In this document: positions 12,901 to 25,290 of the stretch, piece by piece
Numbering within the stretch: position 1 is the first letter of the stretch
Layout: each line of letters starts with the position of its first letter
DNA from: Epiperipatus broadwayi
Taxonomy: Eukaryota; Animalia; Onychophora
Direction of reading: 5' to 3'
NCBI GenBank assembly: GCA_028023455.1
Contig: JAQFVV010000006.1
Coordinates: 1,116,001 to 1,180,000 of the forward strand
Length of the DNA stretch: 64,000 nt
Notes under the pieces: generated by a model
Database searches by the model: none
Told to the model about the DNA's origin: nothing
What the model saw: the letters and a program-made list of their open reading frames with translations, nothing else
Translations under genes and position numbers: made by a program

Positions 12901-13749
12901 TATTAAAGTTTACATTAGGTGGCATGACTATGGTGAAAAGAAAATTATGCTTCTAAACCAGCAGTATGTAAGTATGTAATCTAGTGTTACATGATATTTA
13001 ATAATAAACAGGTATTTTCTGTAGATATATTTTCTAGGCTTTTTAAATTTTTGTCAGTGCATACCCGTCACTGCAACTCCATTCTAATGTGACCATTCAT
13101 CCATTCAGAAAGTTAGATTGCCCTCACTCATTATTTTTGCACTTTACAAACAACCTTCATTTTTTAGGTAAACTAGAAGAATAAAACACATCTGAATTTC
13201 CATGCCTTATGGTGGAGTTAAGATGAATGTACTGATAGAAATCAAACACACAAAAATGATTTCATGCATTATACAGATAATAATGAATAATCAAAACTTA
13301 ATAAACATATGTTAAGTAACCATACATATATGAACACTATATAGAGGAAAGCTTTCATAAAGTCCATTTTTTTTAAATTTTTGAACAGCCTGTGTTTAGC
13401 TGACTTTCAACTATTACAAGACATAGCATAGATGGATGATTTTACTTGATAATCTGTTCTGCTGTCTTATCTACTTTTGCTTTTGCAAGAGCAGTTCTCA
13501 TCATCTTATTCTAAAACATCTGTTGGAAACTGATCCTTATCCCTCATCCATGAGAAGTGAGGAGTCAGAGTTTGAATTTATGCAATTATGTCTCTAAAAA
13601 CCCTTTTTACTCCTTTATATTATTCAACAATGTTGTTATCTAGATTCCAATTATGAAAAGTAAAATAAACCATACGATTAGTGCTCATAATAGTATGACA
13701 CTTTTTCCTCTAGAGGGCAGGCAGCAATATATTAAAATTATGTTAGTAA

Positions 13750-14655
13750 AGGGGTGTTAAATTACTTAGAAAGAGTACAAAGAGAAGTAGGAAGATATGA
13801 ATTAGATGCAGATGTGTGGATGGCAAATGAGACAATTCAAGGAGAAATGGGATGGCCAAGTTTTTATATGAGAGATACAAAAAGCAAAATGAAAATGTTC
13901 AGTAGATTGCAATTTATGGTTAATGAGAGAATAGTCAAAATAGTATTAATTGGGTCACAAATATGGGTGAGAAAGATAGTATATGTAGAATATTTGGATA
14001 AAGACTTTATGTCAGTATACTTTAGGTGGGCTAATTGTGTTAGGAGGATTTTTGAGTATTATAATGTCAAAGAATGGGATAGAAAAGTAGATGCATTAAT
14101 AAAAAAATAGGGAATTGGAGAGATGGAGAACCAGTATGGGGAGTAAAAAGAGTCTAAATATGTATGGAAGAAAACAGAATATTGGGTGTGAGTCAATTTA
14201 CAATAATAGCAAGGAAAGTAATCTACTGATTAATGCTGGATAGAATCATTAGCAGCAGAACAAGACACATATAAATAAAGAAATCTGGGTGATTTAGTCT
14301 GCAAGTTATGTAAGAAAGGCATGCAAAATATTAGGCATCTATTAATTGCTTAAAAGCAGAAAGGTACAAATAATGAAGTTGTGGGAGAATAAATATAAAC
14401 TAAGTGATTATAAAGAAAGTGGGTTCTTGGTCTTTTAGCTGATTTGAAAAAAGATAAGGGGAATCTAGATATAAAATGCCATGGAGTGGACAAAGATGAT
14501 GTAAAAATGGGATGGAGCAGGATAGAGAAGAATATTGGAAAAACTTAGGTTGGGAAATGGAAAGGGAAGTTAGGTGGCTAACAGGTTTTTCTGGCATAGT
14601 GACTGAGAGATTCTTGATTTTGATAAAAGAATAGCCATACCACATTATGTCACAT
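13750..14655 (+). mobile_element. LINE 3' fragment, longest copy (post-RT region plus zinc knuckle)
   Basis: ORF 13754-14110 LERVQREVGRY..ANETIQGEMGWPSF..; continues into the CKLCKK..H knuckle shared with the 2.6 and 5.8 kb copies. Confidence 0.85.
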
Positions 14656-16469
14656 ATGAAAAGAATAATATGTCTTAGTTATTTCAAAGTGTCTTTAGGC
14701 AGAGAATTTAAGCCAATTTTTATGAAAGCTAGATAGTTGGATTATTTATTAATCTGCTTTCAAAACAGCTTATATTTACCTGTTTAATGAAATCTATTTA
14801 AACTTCTAGAAATACCAAAATCTCAATTTGTTACAGTTCAAATGACAATTTTTTTGTCTCTATTAACATCTTATGACCAGAATGAAAGGTGGAGATCCAT
14901 CTTTTACTTATTGTGGTTGTCTTGACTACAAATTGAAAACTCATGATTTATGTAAGCATGTAGTTATTATATATATATTTCATTTAGTTTTGCACTTCAT
15001 TTTTATTAGATTTTTATTATTAAATAAAATTATAGCAAAACATTTTCAGAAATAGCTGATAACTAATTTTGAAGTTGACAAAATGTATATACATATATAA
15101 ACTTTTTAATCATTTCATTTTTTTAATCATAGTTATATATATTTAATTGACTACTTAAGTATTTACATAAGGCAGATGATAATTAGGCAATGATTAGCTT
15201 TTATGTACTTGCAGCCATTTATGTAAACTTTGATTTAATTATAACAGACCGCTTGGTTGGCTATAAGTTTGAATCCTTGAATATTACAATGACAGATAGA
15301 TGAATTAACCATTAAGTCACATGATCACTTTGAGATGTTTTGACTAATAAAATATTCAAACACTGCTCAGATGCAAATGTTGCATGCATAGTATGCACTA
15401 TAAGAAGTGAGGAGTAAAAGTTATAGTATTGTTTACCATGCATGAGACCATGTAATGTTGAAGCATCTAAGAGGCTGATAGTGTAACATTAATTTTGTTC
15501 CTTGACCAAGTTGATTTTTTTTACTTAAAGCAGCTTTATAGAGAAGTAAATGTGTGTTTTTTTATTATTATTTTTATGTTTCCTTGAGTTATTTCATATA
15601 TTTATTATTTTCATATATATTTATTGAAAGTAATGTTTTCACAGGCATACATTGTTTTATAAGTCCCATTTTTAGGGCAACCATGTTTAATAAAATAAAA
15701 TTAAAATAAAATACTGCTATTTTGGCCAGATATTTTATTTTTATTTTATTTTATTAAACATGGTACTTCTGAAAACATGATGTGTAATAAGAAATGTGGA
15801 CTTAATCAGTGAAGTATTGAATAGCTTCACGCTCTCAGATCGAACCGCTTCAGGTTCTAGGTTGAAGTTAAGAAGGGCTCCCCTCTTTTCTTCCAAAATG
15901 TAAGCTTGTGGTTAAGACCTGTAGAGGTCCCTACTATCACATTTTTACATGCACATTCTTGAGGTTACAGCCTTAGTAAATATTTCACAGTAATTATTGT
16001 AATATATTCAGAAGTAAATCAATCTACACACATGCACTGTTTTAATATAAATGATATGTACTCACCTTTTTGCAAAGATTTCAATAAACAAGTGAATCAC
16101 ATGTTCTTCAAACTTAGTTTTTACATTTGTAATATTTACAAACATCTCCATGATCACTGTTGCCTAGCAACACCAGACATCTTTAGACTAGAAAATTTAA
16201 CATATGCTTTACATGTTAACTATTTTAACTAATGTTAGCATAAATTATAAAAAGACTCTTACAGGACAGCTACTGCATATTATTCTGACATGCCCCCATC
16301 CTCCATAATCTGGAATGAATGTTTAAATCAGCTAAATTTTAATCCAAATCACAAGTAAGCTTAAAATTTTTTTAAAAAATTAGTTTACACAAATATGAGT
16401 TAATTATTAAGTATTGGATCACAAATGAATATCTGCTATTAGATATAGGTTGTGTCAATCCAGTATTGT

Positions 16470-17330
16470 GTTTTGGTGCTGTGGTAGATTGACAAATGAT
16501 GGAGTTTAAAGTCTCTATCACTTTCAATGCTTGAACTCCTGAGGCAGTGAACCATTCAAGTATTTTAGCTTTGCACAATGGTAGGATGGCAGATTCTGAA
16601 AGACAAGATCTATGGATTTTGGCAGTTCTTGGTCATTTCCATTTCTGAAGAGAGTTGCAGATTCTGGGATCTAAGGTACATTACAGTGATTGATCCATTT
16701 ATAAAATTCCAAACAATAAGCTACTCAATTATTTTAGTCCTGTTTGACCTAATACAAGATTCATGAATAGCATACCAACTCTGCCATTTCCGATACTTCT
16801 TATGAACTTATAGGAAATGAGCCAATTTATTATTTTTAGCCCTTCATGATTTGATGCATTGGTACATTGTCAAAATATAGAGTTAAAGAACTATGGATCA
16901 TGGCCCAGTTCTGATACTTCTATGGCTCAAACTTTGTATGAACTCCCAAGTAATGAGCCATTTTCTTATTTTTAGCTCTGCATAGTTTGGTACAATGATA
17001 GAGAGGCAAATTTTGGAATTCAAGGTCCATTGTTTGCATACCAGCTCTGTCACTTCTGGTTTCTTGAATTTCTTATTAACTGCTTTGGTGCAGTTGTAGA
17101 GTGCAGCAGATTCTAAAGCTCAAGATTCAGTACAGTAATAGGATCTAGAGCTAAAGGATCATGGATTGTGATACAGTTTTGTCACTTCCAAATTCAAACA
17201 TTTTACAATATTTGAAGTGATAAAATTATTAGGTTATTTTAGATTGGCATGATATAGTACAAAAACAGTTAGACTCTGGATCTGAAGATCAATAATTGCA
17301 TCGTAGCTTTTTTGCTTCTAACATTCCAAC
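16470..17330 (+). repeat. Degenerate tandem array of about 7 tRNA/SINE-head-like units (about 100-130 bp)
   Basis: Recurring ttttagct..ggtgcaatggtagag..cagattct..aaggatcatggat..ctgtcacttc at about 16476, 16571, 16650, 16845, 16971, 17081 and 17231. Confidence 0.55.
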
Positions 17331-17399
17331 TTCTAATCAACTTCTGAATAGTAAACCAAACCATTTGATAAAAGCTTTTGTGCCAGGAGGAATTCTAAT

Positions 17400-18080
17400 C
17401 TTTATAAGAACAAACTTGAAATACTGAAAATAAAAACTGCATCTACAAAATATGATGTGAATGTGATAGGATATATATTGGTGAAAGCAGTCATCCCATT
17501 GAAAAGCAACTAAAAGAACATAAAGTGATGGTTAGAAATGAAAAACATATATAATCAAAGTAGCAAACCATGTATGTATCAATGAACATATATTTGACTA
17601 GAAAAAGTCAAGAATACTGGGCAGCACAAATAAAAAAAATTAAAGATATTGCTGACATTCCAATGGCAATCAACCTCATAAGTCAATCTAGTGCAATAAT
17701 TCACAATGTTTGAAAACCACTTATTAAACTTGCCCTTAAAAAAGTGATGGAGAAATTAGATGGGCCCTCATAAATAAGTATATGATATTTCTACTGATAT
17801 TACCTTTGATAGAATAGCCTAATTGATTAAGACATCATCTTAAATTCCATATTCATGAATCTAAGGACATGAGGTTTAATTCCTTACTAGTACTGACATG
17901 ACTAGATCAGAAGCATCTGAAGAGAGGAAAATAACACCACAAAAAACATTGGGTTACATACTAATATATAGGCTGTCACAGTATTTGAAAAAATTAAAGT
18001 TAGAATTTTTCTTAAAATAATATTTAATAAATAATGTGAGATAATGAAAATAGTCTAATACATAGTACAACAGAAAACAT
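17400..18080 (+). mobile_element. Second PLE copy, 3' fragment (GIY-YIG plus terminal repeat)
   Basis: KNCIYKI*CECDRIYIGESSHPIEKQLKEH; colinear with 8000-8700. Confidence 0.85.
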
Positions 18081-19729
18081 AAACATTATATTATATGCTA
18101 ACATGTGGGATATTACTTATAGTTAAATGCATTTGAAAAGTTTAAAGTATGAATCTTTCTTAAGACATTAACAATTAATTCTAGATGATGGAATAATTAC
18201 AAGAAAACAGCATCATCACAAATATTTAAGTAAACAATAATAAGATGGCATTTTAAGGAGAAAAGGGGGTCATATTCTTATGAGCATATTAAGTTCTGTT
18301 ATTTATCTTTAGTTCCTTTAATTATTAGCTTTAGAAATAATAATTATCTTATAAATCAAAAATTACAATCATAAACCTTATACACATTCGCTAATAAAAT
18401 AAGTATATTTATTTTTAAAAATATTGATTTAGATTTATTCTTTGACTCTTATTTTATTGATTGATTATATTTTCTTGCTAATATAATAAGATATCTTCTT
18501 TCTGAGTCTAAAGAGATAATGATTAAAAATATCTATATGAGAATTATTTGCACAGAAATCAATATTTAGACAGTGTGTGTTTTATGAAGCCCTTTGACTT
18601 CTTGTTATAATTTTTTTTTTTTTTTAAAGGTTTGTAAATATTACTATTCTCTGCAGAGAAATCAATATTTGTAATGTGTGTGTATTGCGTGCATGTGCAT
18701 ATGACCTTTAACCGTTTATCAGATTTTTGTTTATTTAATATATCACATTTTTCTGTTCCTGGTGCTATGAAATGGAGACGATTGCTTATCTATTTTGCAG
18801 TACCTTTCATCTCTATTAAAATGTTCCAATTAAATGTATATATTTAATCATATAGCAAACTACATTAATCTAATAACTAATTATTCAATTAACCAATATT
18901 GACTTAACTCTAGACTCATTTGGATAATATAGGTCATGGATCTGGAAAATTAAGACATTAAAGGAATTGGTCTCAGTTTGAATTTGACCCTAAAAACATG
19001 CCTTATAACACTTGGGAATATAAGACTAAATAGCAGCTTTATTCTTATAAATTTTTATAACAGAGGAAAAAGGGAAGGCGGTAACGGCACAAAGAAGTAG
19101 TTTTAATATTGTGTTTATTCAAATATTTATATTTATTGGCTTATATTTGATGATTCATAATGCTACTAAAATGACAAAGATGATTTTTACCTATAAATTA
19201 TTTAAACTTTGAGTTCAAATTAATAATGTCATGTAAAGCTGTGTTTATACCTGGCATAGATTTAATTTTAACCCTTAATTTCCCATTATCAAAGTCTGTA
19301 AAAATAAATTGCTACTTTATTTTTACACGTTTTTGTACCATAGACAAAGGGACGGTTTATTTAAATCAACAGCAGGTGGAAAAATTGTTTTCATTTATTT
19401 TACATATATTATAGAGTGATATCATAGTGCTGTCACGTATAATCAAATCAATCCAAGTTTAAATTCAGACTGAGTGAAATACTAATCAACCTAGTTAGAC
19501 TTTTAATGCTGATTATTAATTGGATAGATAGCCAGCTACTTTTAAACTAGAAATTAAAATAAGCATAAAAAAAACCTTGATCACTCAATGGATAACAAAC
19601 CCAGCGAGCAATGCATTTTTCTTGGGAATAGTTAGGGAAAGCCTTCTGCAGTGGGATACTTTAAACACCTACAATAACTTAAAACCATCAAAGCATCACG
19701 TGATACCCATTTCATATTTTACATGTGCT

Positions 19730-20872
19730 GTTAATAACAGTACCAAACTCTCTATACAGTTGCGCCATCAAGTATAAGCCTTCATAATCAATGGATGCAG
19801 GAAGGTTTGTGCATAAAATCCCTAACTACTGCCTATTCATCCAACATCCTCAGACTAGTTTCTAGCTTGTGGCTTATCAGTGAGGAGCCTTGGATTTGAG
19901 AGCACTGTACCTAGATCTCAGGATCTAATGCAACCCTCCTTCAGCCCCTTTTATCTATTTAGCTAACTATAAAGCTAGAAACCCGAGATGGAATGAGATG
20001 TTTTGATGATTTTATATCTATCCTGCCCATAGAATAAGGATAGCTGTGGTTTTTGAAAAAGCAAAGACATCAAAATATATAGGTGCTGAACTAAGTTCAG
20101 ATCTATATGACTATACAAGTGAATGAGCTTGGGTTTGAAATTATGGCACTCTCATCTTGGGCTTCTAGCTTTATAGTTGACTAAATAGATAAAAGGTAGC
20201 TGCTGGATGCTCACATTAGATCCTAAAGTTTAGGTATAATGCTCTGAAACCAATGTTCCTCATTGATAAAAGCCACAACCTAGAAACTAGTCTGGGATGC
20301 TGGATTAATAGGCACTAAATAGGGATTTTATGCACAACCCTTCCTGCATCCATTGATTATGAAGACTTGCACTTCTGTGCCATTATTATATGGAGAGTTT
20401 GGTACTCTTATTAACAGCACATGGAAGCTTACGAAATGGTGATCATGTGAGAGTTTGATGGTTTATACTTATCTGATGCATAGGATGATGGTGACTGTGG
20501 TTTTTGAAAAACCAAAGATACCAAAATGTATAGATGCTGAACTGAGTTCAGATCTATATAACTATATAAATGAATTAGCTTGAGTTGGAAACATTATGGC
20601 GTTTTCATCTTGCGTTTCTAGCTTTATAGTTAATTAAATAGGTAAACAAGGGCTGCCGGAGGATTGCATTAGATACTAAGATCTAGATGCAGTACTCTCA
20701 AATTCAAAGCTCCTCACTGATGAAAGCCACAAACTAGAAACTACACTGGGGATATTGGATGAGTAGGCATTAAATAGAGATTTTATACACAAACCGTCCT
20801 GCTCCATTGATTAAGAAGGCTTGCACTGGGTGGCACTACTATATGGAGGAGAGTTTGGTACCTACGATAACT
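19730..20872. mobile_element. HHR family A: antisense arm plus about 1.8 tandem sense monomers
   Basis: HHR(-) at about 19845-19885; HHR(+) cores at 20263 and 20717, giving a 454-bp period. Confidence 0.92.
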
Positions 20873-21108
20873 TATAAATTAACTACTATAAATTTATAAT
20901 TTAATATTTTTAAATGAGCAAATAGATGATAAATCATTTTATAAATGGGTGCTCGGGGTTTTAAATAAAATTAAACTGCGTGACTGTTGATTTAACTTTT
21001 ATTTAAATATATGGGTTCCAATTTATAAAATAATTTATTGTTATAGAATCGAAGCACATCACAAATATATACCTCAAGTTGCAAAAACTTGTCTTTAAAA
21101 CTCGAATT

Positions 21109-21219
21109 TTAATGTTGTCAAGCATTGGTGGTCGAGAGGTCAGCGACAGCTGCTTTACAAGCAGTTGTCCCGGGTTAGCGGGTTCGGTTCCCGGCTGATG
21201 CTATGACACATAAGAAAAA
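21109..21219 (+). mobile_element. tRNA-derived SINE with A-rich tail and 12-bp TSD
   Basis: GCATTGGTGGTCGAGAGG..CTGCTTTACAAGCAG..GGGTTCGGTTCCCGGCTGATGC, tail agaaaaaaaaa; aaaactcgaatt at 21097-21108 and 21220-21231. Confidence 0.85.
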
Positions 21220-21789
21220 AAAACTCGAATTGTATTAAAAGTATAGTGAAAAAAATCATAAAATTATGAATTAATAAAATAGAATTTCAAGAAAAATGAA
21301 AATGAAATGAAATCCAAAGCAATTTGATTAATCTTACACACGTGGCAACGCAAAGAAATCTGGCTAAATTTCTAGTCATAGTTAAGCGTAATTTGTTTGC
21401 ATATTGTAGTAGTTATCTTGAACTTGTTCAACTCAGTACTTTTAAAATTAAAATGTGACCACCAAGAGATAGCTGTAGTGAGGTTTAATGTAATGAAATG
21501 TTTTTAAAATTAAATTTTCTGTAAAACCAGGTATATGTAAAAGATAAACTCAATATGTAAAGATATAGTGTTTGCAAATCCTTTATTATAATTTTAACTT
21601 CTTATTGTGGAGGTGTGTTAACAGTAGAAATTTTATTTCTCTACGGGGGAAAAAAAGATGAATTTAAGTAGGTAAAAATTAAATGTAAATCGATAAAATG
21701 AAAGAAAATACGGACAAGTTGAGAAAAGTCGTCTTGAAATTTTTTAAAATAAAATTATAAAAGAATTATAAGTTATTTATGGATATGTA

Positions 21790-22300
21790 TTATTAAATAT
21801 AGGGAATTTGAACACAGACTTTGAAGTACCCTTCCACTATCGGCACTATCTTATACCATTGATACAAATGATGATAAATAATCACCAATATGCGTATTTC
21901 GTGCTAAATCAGCACTCGCCAGTTGGTCCAGATTATCATCTCCCACACATATATATATAATCAGTGCTCAGTTTATATTAAGATAGCAAATCTTCATACT
22001 TTAATGGACAGGCTTCAATCTACTCCAAACTCCAACTCTTCAGCCATCTATACCATTGAAAATCTGATGATGGAAAGCCCAAACCTCATGTTGATGCCAA
22101 TATTATTGCCATGCCCATGTTGACCTCAATATATAAATATTGGTGATTATTTATCTTTTCTACATATATGTGGTCATATGTATCAGTGATATGAGATAGT
22201 ATGGGTAGTTGAAGGATGCTTGAAAGTCTGTGTTCCAATCCCCTATATTTACAATTAAGCTCCAGGTGTATGAAGAATGCCTGTATTTCAAATCTTACGT
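21790..22300. mobile_element. HHR family B, divergent inverted copy
   Basis: Minus strand 21884-21927: ACCAA-CTGGCGA-GTGCT-gattt-AGCAC-GAAAT-acgc-ATA-TTGGT; sense arm from about 22125. Confidence 0.85.
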
Positions 22301-22749
22301 ATTATTAAATATAAAATAATCGCCGATTTAAAAACAACTAATTAGCCCTAATGGATATTGGGCAAGATTATTTAAAATTGCCACACCAAGATTAAAGTTA
22401 ATTAAGTGTAGAATTTAAAAATATCCAGCCTTGACGTCCCATTGAAAAACTACTGGACAAAACAATAAGATGCATGTGCTTTTGAGTTTTGAAAAGCACA
22501 TCACTTAGACACATATAAGGATGTATATATATATATTATAAATTTAAATATTTATTATTTCTGGCCTAACTGTTTTAGACAACTCTCTATACAATAAGTA
22601 AGTGACAGCATGTTCTTTTTTCATAAAAATTGTCTTATGCTATGGTTTGAGAATATTTCAATTAACTTTTGTAACAATGATATGAATTAATCTCGAACTA
22701 TTAAATATATTAAGCTTTATCTTTATTATTGCATTGCCAAATCCATATA

Positions 22750-23070
22750 ATATTAATATCATTTACGTTCTTTTTTACTTTTGCAATGCTTTTTACAACC
22801 CATTATTGATGGTTTCGGTTGCCCCAGTAATCTTCTTCAGAACTGTAACAAACACAATACAAATACATGAATACAAATATACATGGATCCGTAATTTTAC
22901 ATTATATATATATTCTATGTAAAATTATATGTTCATGTATATTTGTATTCATGTATTTGTATTGTGTTTGCTACAGTTCTGAAAAAGATTGCTGGGGAAA
23001 TTGAAACTATCAATAATGGGTTGTAAAAAGCATTGCAAAAGTAATAAAGAACGTAAATGATATAAATATA
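22750..23070. mobile_element. Near-perfect palindrome with an HHR-like motif (family C) in each arm
   Basis: cagtt-CTGAAGA/CTGAAAA-agatt..-GAAAC-(c/t)atc on both arms; arms match over about 140 bp. Confidence 0.85.
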
Positions 23071-23344
23071 TTAAGCGTTGAAAGTATTCTGTGTTATATA
23101 ATTTATTTATTTAAATTGATGTTGACAATGTTTAAATTGAGAAAATTGTCAGACATGTCAATTAAAAATGCAATCAATCTAAAATATCTTTAAAATAAAT
23201 TGTATGGTTGGTTTAATATTCATTTTTTCCAGCCTAGATGTTTCAGATTCTTACAAAATTATTGTCAATGATCACCATTTTTTATGCATACATAAATAGT
23301 GGCAACTCTCATTATGTAATATTGCCATGTAATGTAAGTCATAG

Positions 23345-23650
23345 TAATCAATAAATGCTAGAAAGTTTGTGCATGAACATTACTATCCAGTGCCTATCCC
23401 CAGACTGGTTTTTAGTTTATGGCTCATATCAGTGAGGAACTTTGGATCTGAGAGAAATCTTTGAAGATGTAGGTGCACTATTCTCAGATCCAACTCTCAT
23501 CACTGATGAAAGCCATAAGTTAGAAACTAGTCTGGGAATATTATATGCATAAGCACCAGATAGGGATTTTGATGCACAAACCTTCTAGCATCCATTGATT
23601 ACTATGGCTTGCACTAGGTGACATTAGTGTATGAAGACAGTTGCTATTGT
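23345..23650. mobile_element. HHR family A, divergent palindromic copy
   Basis: Sense core CTGATGA 23503-23509, GAAAC-TA-GTC 23523-23532; antisense arm 23345-23450. Confidence 0.88.
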
Positions 23651-23974
23651 TTTAAAAAGTATTGTTTTATGCTTTCATTAGAGGGCAGTGCAATTACTTA
23701 TTGCAACACTTGCACGAGTATTAATATTGGAATTATTATATCTTATTAAGCAATGAAAGCATCTTATATTACAGAATTTAATTATTTTAATCAGTGCTGA
23801 ATTGAAAAATCTCTCAGGCATGCCAATTAATAATATTAATTGATTTAAAATATCTTTAAATAAAGAGCAAAATTTACCTAACTATTAATATATATTCTGA
23901 TTTACACATCATATGTGTGTTTTATTATTTATATATGAGTTTCATTTATTTTAATATATATATATAATTTTCAA

Positions 23975-24770
23975 CCATTACTGGTCCATTGTAGAATGGT
24001 CTTTCCAAGTTCAATCTGTCATACCCAAGCTCTAGCATCACTTCTGCACATCACAGTAGCACACTTCCTCATTTCATCTAACCATCTCACCTGGCCTCTT
24101 TCTAGGTTTTTTACAATCTCTTTGAATCCAGTTTATGATTTCAACTGTCCATCTATTATCATCTCTTTTAGAATTATGCCTAGCCCAACTCCATTTCAGT
24201 CTCTTAATTCTTTTTCAATGACATCAGTAACATTTGTTTGTACTCTCACGCACATATTTTATTTTCACTCTCTTATTGTTACTCCTAACATGCATCTCTC
24301 GATACTTTGTTGAGTGGCCTGAAGTCTCTGTATTGCTCTTTTGTTAAGTGCCTTAAATCCATAAGTAAAAACTGGCAGAACACATTTATTAAAAAAACTT
24401 TTCTTTTCAATTACATAGGCATATTTCCTTTTAATGTTATTTCTAACAAAGGCACTTCAACCAGGTTTAATTTTATGATGAAATTCATCCATTGTTTATA
24501 TTTGTAGTTAACTTCTTCTAATTAACATTATTAATATTTATTTTACTTTTTTTTTTGAGAAAATCCATTGAATATTACTTTAGGCTTTTTAACATTTAAA
24601 TTTAGTCCTACTTTCTTACTTTCACCTGATGACTCTTGCAACATTTCCTGAAGCTCTGAAGCATTATTTGCAAAAACAATTACATTATCTGCAAAGTCTA
24701 GATGACTTTGATAATCTCCATTTACTTTTACCCTTTTTGTTTTCTATTTTAATCTTCAAAATACTTTTTG
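23975..24770 (-). mobile_element. RTE-type LINE 3' part (RT motifs and C-terminus)
   Basis: HLDFADNVIVFANNASELQEMLQE..SKKVGLNLNVKK..; RMLGVT..; RWLDEM..LGKTILQWTSNG. Confidence 0.88.
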
Positions 24771-25194
24771 CAAAATTGTGGTAAAAAGTTTTGGAGATAC
24801 GGAGACATCCTGTCATATATCTTTCTCAATGTTAATCTTCATGTTTAACAACTGTTTTTTGGAAAATTTATGTCTTGAAGTTGTTCATTCACACAAAATA
24901 ATTAATAGTTTATTACAAATATTAAAAGTTGTGACCTTAAGTGCAGGATTTCCTAAAATAGAAGAAAGTGATATTCAAAATTATTGGAATAAATTTGTTT
25001 TGAGTACAAAGAAAGAATGCATAGGAATGATTCAATGGCTGTTGGTGAATTAAAAACAGAAAAGTCTGTCAGTGAATAAAAATGTGAAAAATCTGGCAAT
25101 CAAACAAAAAAGGAATGATTATTGGGGATGTAAAAAAAATTAACCATCTAAAAAATGCTATTAGATTTATTTAAAAAAATTGTCTCATTTTTTT

Positions 25195-25290
25195 TTCTCA
25201 TGTGTCATAGCATCAGCTGGGAAGTAAACCCGCTAACCCGGGACAACTACTTGTAAAGCAGCTGTCGCTGACCTCTCAACCACCAATTGA
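25195..25290 (-). mobile_element. tRNA-derived SINE, copy 2
   Basis: Reverse complement of 21122-21220 with few mismatches. Confidence 0.88.

Noticed and set aside
16470-17330. CRISPR-like array
   Set aside because: Units are long and degenerate, with no conserved repeat/unique spacer pattern; the context is eukaryotic and there are no cas genes.
21122-21202. Functional tRNA-Val(TAC) gene or suppressor tRNA
   Set aside because: Abnormal 9-bp anticodon stem, insertion before the T arm, A tail, TSD and dispersed truncated copies indicate a SINE.
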